NCBI RefSeq assembly: GCF_001447785.1
Contig: NW_015162494.1
Location: 599,559 to 663,558, forward strand
From: Gekko japonicus
Taxonomy: Eukaryota
DNA length: 64,000 nt
Reading direction: 5' to 3'
Below the pieces are notes generated by a model. That model ran no database searches. It was not told the DNA's origin and saw only the letters and a program-made list of their open reading frames with translations. Shown piece after piece: positions 27,501-37,650 of the stretch (its first letter is position 1; every line of letters starts with the position of its first letter). Made by a program: the position numbers and the translations under genes.

Positions 27501-30500
27501 ATATTTTTTAACCATTTATACAATTTTGTCCAAGTAATCTCGAAACATTTTTCATCCTTCCCTTTTAGAACTAATGTTAGTTTATTCATTTCAACCATAT
27601 TTAATAATTTATCTATTATTTCTCCTCTTTCCGGGATTTTTTCCAATTTCCAATATTTCGCGTAGCTAATCCTAGCGGCAGTCACACAATGTATCACAAT
27701 TATTTTCTCAGTTTTTTCAAATTTTTCAGGCATCATATTCAATAAAAACAGCTCTGGCTTCATCGGAATAGCAATTAAAGCACAAGCCTTTTGGTCAATG
27801 ATACATAAAATCAGAGGTCATTTCGGGGGGGAACGCGGGGGAACACAGTTCCCCCGGGTGAGGTGCAGGGGGCGGGGCACACGACGAAGCCCCGCCCCCT
27901 GCTTCTGGCCACCCCGCTTCCAGCCCTCATTCAGCCAGGAGGAGGCAGGAGAAGAGGGAGGGTAAGTTGCTTCCTCCCCGCCTCTCCCCACCCCTGTCTG
28001 CCTGGGGCCAGGGAGGGCCTTGGCGGGACTTCCTCGCACTTCCGCCAGCCTTGCAGGTCTACCGCCGGGCCCCTGATGTCAGGGGGTGTGGCATATGCTA
28101 ATGAGTTATGCTAATGAGTTCCCCTAGCTCTTTTTCTACGAAATGACCCCTGCATAAAATATTACAAGATATGTACATGCACTTTTTGAGGCTAATCCAT
28201 CAGGATCTGTGGAAATCATTGGTGTTCACAAAACTGACCTCAAGAATTGGTGATGGCACCAGTCAGTTGTTTGGGAGGGGGCAGCGGAGTGCTGGGTTCC
28301 ATTCCCCCCCCTTCACTTGGTTGCTGGTTATTTAAGGCAGCTCCTGTGTCTGCACACAGTTGCAGCCCTTTCTGCAAATTCAAAAGGGAGATTCTGCAAG
28401 GTTAAGAAGCAGGAAGGAACATAGTGTGGAATGGGAGTTCCTGTTTAGAATTAACAGCCTTCCTAACTATGTACATGCCATGTTGTGCATATAGTAAAAA
28501 ATGCCAAATTGCAGTCAGTGCCTAAAAGACTGATCTTGATTTCTGTGTTTTATTTTTAAATAAAGGTATAATTTTGTTCTTTCTAGGGTTGCCAGTTCCT
28601 AGTTGAGAAACTACTGGAGATTTTGGGGAAGGAGCCTGGGGAGGGCAGGGTCTGGGGAGGGGGGGGCTTCAGTGGAGTCTAATGGTATAAAGTCAGCCCC
28701 TCAAAGTATCCATTTTTTCCAGGGGATTTGATCTTTGTCATCTGGAGATCAGTTGCAATCCCAGGAGATCTCCAGCCACCACCTGGAGGCTGGCAACCCT
28801 ATCTTTAATATTGTCTAATTGTACATAAATGCCAGGTTTAATTGCAGAAGAACTTGTCTGGTACATTTGTAATTGATCATGAATTTCAACATCTCATCCT
28901 CAAGGCAAACCAGGCAAATGATTTGATTTTTGACGTCTCTTAATCACTTGTGTTTATTCTGTCCCAGGGTTTCTTGAAAGACTTGCTACAGAAAGCAAAT
29001 AAGCAGATTGATGACTCAAAACTGACAGAATACACAGACATCATGGTAAGACCGAGCAGTTTCATTCATGGAAATACAACCCTACTACCTTTCTGAACAA
29101 CACTAAGATAATTTGTGCAGGTCTTTTTCGGTGGTCCTCTTTCATTACTCCTCAATTTAAGGCTGTCTAGGTTTCAGGAGCAAGAAGAGGAGCTCTGATA
29201 CAAAGGTCTTGGAAATTATAACTGCTAACACCGTTTTAATTAACTCGTGTACCATATGCCAATATCGCTGCATTAGCTTACATCTCCACCATCTCTGATT
29301 TATACTCCCTCTACCTTTTCAGTGTCATGAATGTGTTTGGCCCCAGGAAAAATATTAAATAGTAAAGCTAATAGGTTTCATATAATTTAGTTCCAGTATT
29401 GTATTTAATTATCAAATGCCCAGAATTTGAAGACTCTCGTAGTGAATGATTGTTGTGTATCTTGCAAAAAAGAAAAGAAAAGAAAACAAAAGAAAAGAAA
29501 GTTCATACAACTTCCGTTATGTTCTTTCAGCTCCGGATGTTTGATGAAAACAATGATGGAAAGCTGGAACTGACTGAAATGGCCAAGTATGTATTTAAGA
29601 GAATGATAAAAAATAAATGGAGGTTTGCACTAATCAGTAGAAAGAGGAAGAGATGGAAAGACAACCTCAACAAAATGGGTGCTGGGAAAATAGATCATTA
29701 AAACAAGCTGCAAAGACCCAGTGCATTCGGGGAGCACAACCCTTCTTTAAAGTCAGCTCGCTTGAAAAAGACTTCAGTAAAAAAGGTGACTCTTGGCTAA
29801 CAGACTGAGTGGCACTGGGATAGATCCCAGTTCATTTTTTTTTCCCCAGCCAGAAACTAACTGGGTAGGCTTAGGTAAGCCGTTCTCTTTCAGCCTTTGC
29901 CCCACTTCTGCAGTATGGAGAGACTAATGTTATGATAAGGATTACAAAATGCTGGCCTGTATTCAATGAGATCTGCTTATGGACTTGTGGTGCTTTCCTA
30001 TTTCCCCTTCCTACTCTAGTCCAATGAGCCCCCCTCCCTGTTCTGGAAGTCAGCAGACCTTCAAGAACAGCATATGGGGAAAACATGGTCCACAGTAAAA
30101 AAAGGACTTCGCAGACAGAGTATAAGATCAACCTGCCCTGTTCCTCTGATAAAGGAAGTGGAACTCCATCCTTGGAAGCAAGTGGTAGGTTACAAGCCAG
30201 TAGGTAGAATCCAAAGAGCCAAAAGCAGATTTTTTTCACTTGCTGAATGGCTCTTTCCATTCTCCCTGACTTATTCAGCCTGAATGCCAGCAAAAAAATT
30301 GCTTCTGGAGGTCAGGTGATCCTCTGGAGCAGCACATAATACATATGAAGCTGCCTTATATTGACTCAGACCTTGATTGAAGTTCAGTATTGTCTACTCT
30401 CTGTCAGTAACTCTTCAGGGAGTCAGCTCTGGGTTTTCACATTACCTGCTACCCCACGTTTTTAATTGGAGATACCAGTGAGTCTGAAACTGGGACTTTC

Positions 30501-33500
30501 TGCATGTAAAGCAGATAATCTGCCACTGAGCCACAGCCCACCTTCGTGTCCAGCCACAGTCATGGCTAGGCTTGCCAAGTCCCCCCGGGGGGTGAGGAAA
30601 CCCCCACCCCAGAGGCCCGTTCCCCGCCGCCGCCGGATCGGACCCCGGGGGGAACTCCGCCCCGACGTGCACGTCACCAGAAAGTGACGTGACTACGCCA
30701 GGCACGCTGGGGGCGAGGCCACAGTCATCAGAGGGAAAACTCTATGGTTTTCCCTCGGATGGTCGTGGCCCCGCCCCCAGCGTGCCCGGCGTCGTCACGT
30801 CACTTCCTGGTGATGTGGATGCGGCGTGCGCTGTGGAGGAAGGTAACACTTGGCAACCCTAGTCATGGCAGAAAAGAACGGATGGGAACTTCCCACACAC
30901 CACTGAGGGCTTTAATAAGGGGTTAGACTGATCCACGGAGGATTCAAGGAGAATAGGTCTCTCAGTGGCTACCAGCCATGATGAATAACAGAAACCTCTC
31001 TACTCAGAGGCAGCACACCTCAATACTAGTGCTAGGAAACAAAATCACAGGAAGGTCATATTAGTTTAGCCCTCCTGGGCAATTGGTTGGCTGCTGTGTG
31101 AAAGAGTATGTGGGACTAGATGGACAACTGGTCCAACCCAGCAGGCTTCACTTATGTTCTTATGGCTTGCACAAGCAAAAGCACAAGCAGGTATTTTGGA
31201 TTCAACACAATATATATGAAGCACTTTGGGCCCTCCAAAGATGGCAAGAAATGTTTCTTTTACAATGCGAAGGAAATGCAATAGAATCATCTCAATATAA
31301 AAAGTTTGAACAAGTAGTGCTGTCTCTGAAGAAGGATTTTACCCACCCAGAATGCACTGGGGTGCACGTGTGCAGCTCATTTTAAATATCTGCTGCTCGG
31401 TATCCATGGAGGCCACTACCTCTCTCCTATTTTTTCTACAGGTATCCCTGTAGACCTTGTGTAGTATACCTTTCAAGTTATATAACAGCTCTGTAACTGT
31501 TTCACCTACCCTTGTGTTTTCTCCAAAGATTGCTCCCAGTACAGGAAAACTTTCTCCTTAAATTTAAGGTATGCAGCTTCATGTTTTAAAGTTTACATGC
31601 GTGGTTTACATTTATATCAATCGCAGTCACAATGGTTCTAACCACCATCTTTTTTTTTTTAATGGTAGGGTGTCAAAATGAGTCAAAATGAATTCAGTAA
31701 AGCATTTGAATCATTTGACTCGGTAAGTATACATTATTTAAAAAACAAAAAGACATAAAAGAACTGTTCTTAAATGTTCTGCAGGAGGAAATAAATTGAC
31801 TCTTAAGTGGCTGAAATTAATGTTAGAAATGCCCTTCTCCCCCCCTCCCCCACAGGATAGAAGTGGCTTCATAGATGAACAGGAACTTGATGCTTTGCTG
31901 AAGAATCTTTGCGAAAAGAACAAATCGGTAATTTCAGTGGTTTTATTTCTGCTAGAAGTGCATTTGAATTGTATTTGAAAGGGTTTTTTCCTCCAGTCTA
32001 ATCAGTCAAGATACTTTTCTGTCCATCGATTGCATTTTTATCCCATGTCTTCTTCAAGGAGTTTATGGCAGTATACATGGAGTTGAATCCAGCCAGCTTT
32101 TCCACTCCATCTCACCTAATACTTGTCCTCACTACAGCCCCCATCCCAAGTGGCTTCTGTTCATGCAGGACCCATGATCCTCAGCAAAGCTCTTGTGCTG
32201 GTCAAGGGGAAGCCCTCCTCTGTTCTCCAACAGCAGAAAAAGCTGGTGGGATCCAACTCATGGTTTGCCCCTCCTCTCTGAGGCAGATTGGGGCTGAAAG
32301 AGATATAGTGTGGCTCAGAGTCAACCAACGAGTACCATGAGTCAGTGAGAATTTGAACCATGCTAGCCTGAGTTCTAGTCTGACACTCTAGCCACTGTAC
32401 CACACTAGCTGTCTTATTATTATTATCATGGATCTTTTGGAAAGCTAGAGGTCAGGAGTCCAGTAATTTCTGTGGGAGCAGAATGCTGCTCTGCTTGCAC
32501 AAGGGGAGCTCGCTTATTTCCATCCATCTCCCACACTGCCTCAACCTATGTGCTAGCTTTTGTGGGACCCAAGGGGTTGCAGGAGTAAGCAGGAGGCAAC
32601 AATGATCCATTCTGCAAGCAGAAATCACTTGCAATTCTTAGGATCCAATCCAGTAGGGCGTAACAAGCAAGTGCCTTCACATCAATCAAATCAATCATTA
32701 TTTCCACTTTCACTTTAGCAAAGTACTATCATTTCTGTATTATTCACATAGTCATTTCAGTCAAGAGTCAGCTGTTAGCATTCCTCTCATCTTTGACCTT
32801 AGGCTGAGAGGAAAAACCCAGCATCCTATATTCCTATGTTTTTGTAAAGGTGTCCCCCCCAACCCCAATAATAAAACTATCTTGTGCAACAAATGAGCTA
32901 CAGTGGTGCATCTGCTGTCTTCTGGAAGGGTTGTGATGTCACTGGTAACGATTTCCACATGTGGTGGTGGTTCTTTGCACCATTCAAGGCTTCTGGAAAG
33001 TTAAAGAAATCAGATGTCCCGAACTTCTTCATTCTGAAACTCTTACTCTTGTATTGTAAATGGAAAAATACATTTTTTTTCTTATCCTTTTAAATGCTTA
33101 TGTGATTTCTGATAGCTGCTGTCAAATCTAATGTTGCCCAACAGTGGAAGTTCAGTGCTTGTCCTTTGCTCAATCACTGGCTCCCTAGATGTTGGGACAG
33201 GGCCATTATGTGCAAACTTACAGAGAGAGTAATGGTAGCCAGGGGTTTGGAAATAGAAAATACTGTTTTTGGAAGTATGGGAGACATGTATTGGTTAGGC
33301 TGATTAAAAATAAATATACCATGCCAATGGCAAGGTAATTAAAAGTTGTTTATGTGCAGTAATAATAGATTTATTTTTAAAGCATTATGTTCAGCACTGC
33401 AGATTCTATTATATGTAATTGTATTACTCGTGCTCTGGTGGGTGATAAATGGTATAGTTAGGTGTATGCAGACTCTTTGCTTGCGTCATGGCCTCTTTGC

Positions 33501-34374
33501 AAACCAAGGCAATTTTGGGATGTGTGTGTGTGTGGGGGGGGTAACATTCCTTATACAATGTCTTTCTATACTACCTGTGCTATATAAATGATATTTATGC
33601 ATTTGCTGTAAAAGAATATGCATATGCTGTAAAAGTATAGCCTTTTTAATAGAATCCAAGTTTAAAACAAACAGGGTTAATTCAAAGGGGTCTTTCTACT
33701 CACAGAAGATTTCTGCTCACAGAAGTACACCTTTGGATAAGACCCAAAGGCTTTCATCTAACCCATTGTCTGGAGATGCCCCAATTAACCTAAGGAAATA
33801 TGCCAAAACACAATGTTCTAAAATATATACAGACACGTTTATTAGAAGTATGCTTAATACAGTGGAAGCATGTCGATTCGTATCCTACCTGTTTCCACTT
33901 GATCTCGCTTCATTCCCCTCCGAAGTATGCTTAATACAGTGGAAGCATGTTCGATTCGTATCCTACCTGTTTCCACGATCTTGCTGCATCCCCTCACCTG
34001 GAATGGCTTTTGTCCATGAAGTGTCCTTGATTTTCTGGAAGAGTCTTTTCAGTGCTCAGAAGGGGCTCTTTCTCCCTCTCGGTATCGTGAAAGTCTGTAA
34101 GATCCAATCCTTTGCTTCTCCATATTACAACCGGATGAAATCGTGCTATATAACCTCTTTCCATGTATATAACCTCTTTCCATGTAGTGCTGGTAACTTG
34201 CATGTGTGTACTGATAACTGACAATAAAACATTGCCTCTTCTCCCCCTTCCAACCCCCAGGAATTAGACATTAACAACATTGCAACGTACAAGAAGAGCA
34301 TCATGGCCTTGTCCGACAAAGGAAAACTTTTCCGGAACGATCTCGCTCTTATCCTCTGCACTGGGGGAAATTAG
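3451..34374 (+). CDS. CALB1: Calbindin-D28k, whole CDS span (11 exons, 789 nt, 262 aa)
   Basis: Exon lengths 82+77+75+84+57+78+56+40+54+72+114=789 nt splice GT-AG into one [40 protein letters not shown]...[10 protein letters not shown], with six-EF-hand calbindin motifs; synteny with DECR1/NBN. Confidence 0.98.
4058..4134 (+). CDS. CALB1: CALB1 exon 2
   Basis: ttcag| [26 protein letters not shown] |gtaggt. Confidence 0.97.
4925..5125 (-). mobile_element. tRNA-derived SINE (family A)
   Basis: Pol III A/B boxes on - (TGGCTCAGTGG, GGTTCAGTTCC); relatives at about 23660-23860(+), 30340-30540(-), 35035-35225(+), 47788-47985(-). Confidence 0.78.
6183..6387 (-). mobile_element. hAT-type MITE (CAGTGTTCCCTCTAAGCTG ends)
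   Basis: TIR TGTTCCCTCTAAGCTG / CAGCTTAGAGGGAACACTG; reverse complement of 7251-7456. Confidence 0.82.
7251..7456 (+). mobile_element. hAT-type MITE, same family
   Basis: TIRs plus 8-bp TSD GTTGGCAC/GTTAGCAC. Confidence 0.85.
8535..8752 (+). mobile_element. 5S rRNA-derived SINE
   Basis: Same leader and 5S box A/C motifs; inserted into an older SINE. Confidence 0.8.
11107..11304. mobile_element. Palindromic Penelope terminal-repeat remnant
   Basis: Inverted arms around TCAGATACCTTCTGA; ends CAGACCAACACGGCTACCCATCTGAA. Confidence 0.7.
11377..11620 (+). mobile_element. 5S rRNA-derived SINE
   Basis: Aligns with 54561-54818. Confidence 0.82.
12143..12217 (+). CDS. CALB1: CALB1 exon 3
   Basis: atag| [25 protein letters not shown] |gtaag. 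Confidence 0.97.
16656..17593 (+). repeat. 180-bp direct duplication (16656-16835 = 17414-17593)
   Basis: Copies read as identical base by base; the ORF track gives the same translation twice. Confidence 0.95.
16836..17413 (+). mobile_element. Truncated Ty1/Copia LTR retrotransposon: 5' LTR, PBS and start of leader
   Basis: LTR TGTTGGG...CCCATCA (16836-17224), 2-nt spacer, then GGTTATGGGCCCAG (17227-17240), the copia-type half-tRNA-iMet primer binding site. Confidence 0.85.
18981..19172. mobile_element. Palindromic Penelope terminal-repeat remnant
   Basis: Same family as 59327-59517. Confidence 0.7.
19640..20200 (-). mobile_element. Degenerate L1-clade 3' fragment
   Basis: VKFW...[27 protein letters not shown] motifs across frameshifts. 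Confidence 0.65.
20240..20836 (+). mobile_element. L2 LINE 3' end
   Basis: [41 protein letters not shown]; (TAAA)n tail. Confidence 0.8.
20835..21660 (-). mobile_element. Degenerate L1-clade ORF2 fragment
   Basis: [17 protein letters not shown] and HWHLTPVQL...CWKQCG motifs. Confidence 0.75.
22426..22509 (+). CDS. CALB1: CALB1 exon 4
   Basis: tgcag| [28 protein letters not shown] |gtaat. Confidence 0.97.
22605..22661 (+). CDS. CALB1: CALB1 exon 5
   Basis: ccag| [19 protein letters not shown] |gtaag. Confidence 0.97.
23286..23375. mobile_element. Short hairpin MITE (many similar copies in the window)
   Basis: TIR ACAGTGCAATCCTAT / ATAGGATTGCACTGT; relatives at about 4332, 12010, 16500, 17970, 22220, 35350, 36095. 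Confidence 0.7.
23660..23860 (+). mobile_element. tRNA-derived SINE (family A)
   Basis: GGTTCAACCCCTGGCAT B box; body as in 4925-5125. Confidence 0.7.
24224..24439. mobile_element. hAT-type MITE (TAGGGTTGCCA ends)
   Basis: TAGGGTTGCCAG...CTGCCACCCTA; inverted relative of 28584-28801. Confidence 0.75.
27373..28170 (-). mobile_element. 5'-truncated L1-clade LINE with nested hAT
   Basis: PELFLLN...[12 protein letters not shown]...W..LY.W; A-tail; TSD ATGTA(G/C)ATGCAC. Confidence 0.82.
27812..28152. mobile_element. Short non-autonomous hAT element
   Basis: TIRs CAGAGGTCATTTCG / CGAAATGACCCCTG; perfect 8-bp TSD CATAAAAT. Confidence 0.9.
28584..28801. mobile_element. hAT-type MITE (TAGGGTTGCCA ends)
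   Basis: TAGGGTTGCCAG...CTGGCAACCCTA. Confidence 0.78.
28968..29045 (+). CDS. CALB1: CALB1 exon 6
   Basis: cccag| [26 protein letters not shown] |gtaag. Confidence 0.97.
29531..29586 (+). CDS. CALB1: CALB1 exon 7
   Basis: ttcag| [18 protein letters not shown]+AA |gtatg. Confidence 0.97.
30340..30540 (-). mobile_element. tRNA-derived SINE (family A)
   Basis: AAGCTGCCTTATATTGACTCAGACC...CCACTGAGCCACAGCC. Confidence 0.72.
30567..30861. mobile_element. CpG-rich hAT-type MITE (TAGGGTTGCCA family)
   Basis: TIRs TAGGCTTGCCAAGT / ACTTGGCAACCCTA; perfect TSD GTCATGGC. Confidence 0.88.
31529..31568 (+). CDS. CALB1: CALB1 exon 8
   Basis: caaag| (K)[13 protein letters not shown] |gtatg. Confidence 0.96.
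31669..31722 (+). CDS. CALB1: CALB1 exon 9
   Basis: ggtag| [18 protein letters not shown] |gtaag. Confidence 0.95.
31856..31927 (+). CDS. CALB1: CALB1 exon 10
   Basis: cacag| [24 protein letters not shown] |gtaat. Confidence 0.97.
33845..33996 (+). repeat. About 77-bp imperfect tandem duplication
   Basis: GAAGTATGCTTAATACAGTGGAAGCATGT.CGATTCGTATCCTACCTGTTTCCAC twice. Confidence 0.9.
34261..34374 (+). CDS. CALB1: CALB1 exon 11 (last coding exon)
   Basis: cccag| [40 protein letters not shown]. Confidence 0.97.
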   Translation, partial: ELDINNIATYKKSIMALSDKGKLFRNDLALILCTGGN

Positions 34375-34770
34375 AGTCCATTGATAACTTCCATTTAACT
34401 AGTGATATATCTTTAAAAACAACAACAAAATAACTGTGCACTATAAGGGAGTAGGCTTTACTTTCTTTTATATCTTGTAAATTTAAAACTGCATATAGAT
34501 AATTAGCCAGGACATGTGGCACATTCTTTTCAGCTTGTTTCTATACTGTTTGTAATGTACAGTTTTTGTAACTATAAGATTGATAAAAGAGAGCGTCTAT
34601 GTTTGGGCCAATCTATTGATTCATTTAACACAAACCGTTACAATGTCAGTGTATTCATGGGGGAGAAAAGGACGGAAGCAGGTCTGAACATTCCACTGGG
34701 ATCATTTTGGCTTGTTATATTCTTTGACACTGGCTGTGGCGAAGAGCAGCAGAAACAATGATCTTCAGTA

Positions 34771-34776
34771 AATAAA
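34771..34776 (+). terminator. Candidate proximal CALB1 poly(A) signal
   Basis: First AATAAA about 400 nt after the stop; further ATTAAA at 35878-35883; usage not shown. Confidence 0.35.
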
Positions 34777-35034
34777 TGGCTGAGCCATACTTCTTTGCAC
34801 AATGGAAGGAGGCATAGGTTCAGAATCAAAGAAAGGCTTGTCAGTGTAAGAGAGGGTGACTAACCTGTGGAACACTCATGGCAAGTGGTACCTACAGCAG
34901 GTTTCTGTGGCACACTTGCACAGGAGGAAGAAGGCCTACAATACAGTCTTGCCCACCTCTGGAACTGTCCTGCTGGCTCAGACTACAAGGAACGCATCCA
35001 ACAGGAGTAGCATTCTGTCATACTCTTGTCTTGG

Positions 35035-35225
35035 GGGTGAGATCATGGCTCAGTGGTAGAATATCCACTTTGTATTCAGAAGGTCCCAGGTTCAGTCCCT
35101 GGCATCAAGGATCAGGTAGCAGGTGATGTTAAAACATCTACCTGGAAACCTGGAGAACAGCTGTCAGTCAGAGTAGAAAGTGCTGACCTTGATAGACCAA
35201 TGGTCTGATCAAGGCAGCTTTGTAT
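35035..35225 (+). mobile_element. tRNA-derived SINE (family A), downstream of the CALB1 stop
   Basis: TGGCTCAGTGGTAGA...GGTTCAGTCCCTGGCATC. Confidence 0.72.
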
Positions 35226-37078
35226 GACTTGAGGCACACTTGCCAACAAAAGTTGGCCATTACTTATTTAGGAGATGTGTTAAGACATTTTCAGTCATCA
35301 GGTCCCCAGTTTACAGTCCAGCAGTTTAGTTGATTCTATGTGAGGTTTACAGTGCAATCCTAAACAGTTACTGGAGTTACCCATTGACTTCAATGGATTT
35401 AGAAAGGATTGTTTAGGATTGCAATGCTAGGGATTCTGCTAAGTGGGAAGAGGTTTAGGGCTAGTGGCATACAAGCGCTGGTGTTATGGAAGTTAGCAGT
35501 GCAGTCATTTACTTTACAATATTAATTCTCACCAAGCAACTTGGTTCCCCTGAACCACGCACTGAGGTCACAAGAACCTCAGGATAACGAGACACTGAAC
35601 TTCATGAGAAGCCTCTAGTATAACTTGACAGCCTAGACAGACAAGGAATCACAAGTAGTCAAAATGTCTTCTTTTAGTGGGCAAACTGGAGAAATAAATT
35701 GAAGACAAGGAGAACGACTAAAACGCAACTGAGCCCTTCTATCGTATAACTTTAGTATCAGTGAAAGCTGCTGTGTCACAGAATATGACAAACCATTTTC
35801 TAAGACTATTTTCACATTTTGCAGAATACTATAATTCTGGCAAACTGCTGTTTTTACATCATTCAGTGTAATCTATCATTAAATTTAATATACTAAGAGC
35901 ATCGGTGTCTAGTTTGTCTACTTCCTGTATCCTGCTATTTAGAAGGGAATTAGAAAAGCAAAACAAAACATGAGTTCACACAAACTGATCTTCTACTTGG
36001 CTAAAGTTCCACTTGGCCCCAGTTTCATCCCAGTAGCCATGATTCAGCAAAAAGCAGCGATTAACTCCCACAGAAGTGCGTGGCATGACTAAGATCGTAA
36101 TCCTATATACCCTTATTTAGAAATGAGCCACACTAAATGGTGAAATTTACTTCTGAGTACACATGCAAAGGATCAGGCTGCTTTTTGTTTTCAGTGATAC
36201 TAAGGCTGCATGCCCCTCTGTACAATTACTGTACAATTACACGCATGAAATCATGCTGCTGGGCATCACTGACTTCTCCTGGATTGTGTCCACTGACAGT
36301 TCAAGTCCCTCCTGTAAGATACCCAGGCTACATGAACATTTTAAAATTACACTATTTCTTGACATAAAAAAATCTGCATTGTATTCAGTCCTTTAAGTTA
36401 AAAACTGGACCTAGATTTAAAAAGGAGCTTTTTGGTTACGTTCAGCAAAGTAAGCTTCCCTTCTCACAACAGCCCCTGTCAAATTGGCACATCTCTCCAA
36501 CTGATGTGGAAATGTCCCCATTTTACACTGATGTGAGAGGGAACAAGGTCTTGTGTATATTCATGTCAGTTAAATTAAGAAATCCCTGCTTAAAGTGTGC
36601 TTTCTTATGATCAAGCATAGGGTTGGTTTCTTATAGCTAGCAAAAGACACTGATTTTTACCTTTATATGATGGTTAAAATCCATACTACAAGATACAAAT
36701 GGCCTCTAAAAAGCAAGTGCCTTGCATTTCATTTCTGAAACATGTACAATTAAAGGTGGAAAACTAAAAGACTTAACACATTCAGAGGTTTCAAGGCAGG
36801 TCAAGAAAGTCCATTTTAACGATTCCACTTCCAGCACAGTGATCTCATTCTTCTCACTCACATTTAATCTCTCTATGCAATGTAAAATATAATTGTGTAT
36901 TTTAAAAAGGGGAACAGTGATTTGAATATCTGCCTACAGGCTTCATCATGCATTGCAAAATGATTAAACTTAGATTGTCAACAAAACCATGGATTTGTCT
37001 TTTCATATTTAATTGCAAAATGAAAGGGGGGGGGCTTATACTGTAAATGTTTGTGAGCAATAACCTGGTTCTTACACT

Positions 37079-37650
37079 AGAAACATAGAATCATAGAGCT
37101 GGAAGGGACCTCCAAGGTTATCTAGTCCAACCCCCTGCACAATGCAGGAAATTCACAAATACTTCCCCCTCCAGTCCACCAGTGACCCTTGTTCCATGCG
37201 CAGAAAATGGTGAAAAACCCCTCCCGGATCCCTGGCCTAACTGGCCTGGAGAAAATTGCTTCCTGACCCCAAAGTGGTGACCAGCACTTCCCTAGGCGTG
37301 TAAGAAAGGGCCACGAGAACTAAGCACTGATGCAACCCTTCCTGCCCTCCCTCTCATGATCTGCCTAAGGTCACAGAATCAGCATTGCTGTCAGATGGCA
37401 ATCTAGCCTCTGTTCGAAAACCTCCAAAGAGGGAGAACCTACCACCTCCCGAGGAAGCCTGTTCCACTGAGGAACCACTCTGTCAGGAAGTTGGCATCTG
37501 GTGCTGCCGAGGAGCCGCTCTCATTGTCAGGAAGTTCTTCCTAAAGTTCAGCCAAAAACTCTTTTGATTGAATTTCAACCCATTGGTTCTGGTCTGATCT
37601 TCTATGGCAATGGAAAACAACTCCATACTATCCTCTATGTGACAGACCTT
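37079..37650 (-). mobile_element. CR1 LINE 3' end
   Basis: CATAGAATCATAGA octamer tail, GGAAGGGACCTCCAAGGTTATCTAGTCCAACC end motif, RTNGLK...LNFRKNFLTMR. Confidence 0.85.

Noticed and set aside
3451-34374. Gene being calretinin (CALB2) because of the DRSG loop
   Set aside because: Length of 262 aa, N- and C-termini, and DECR1/NBN synteny all indicate CALB1
35040-35110. tRNA genes
   Set aside because: Only the A/B-box heads of SINEs; no complete cloverleaf seen
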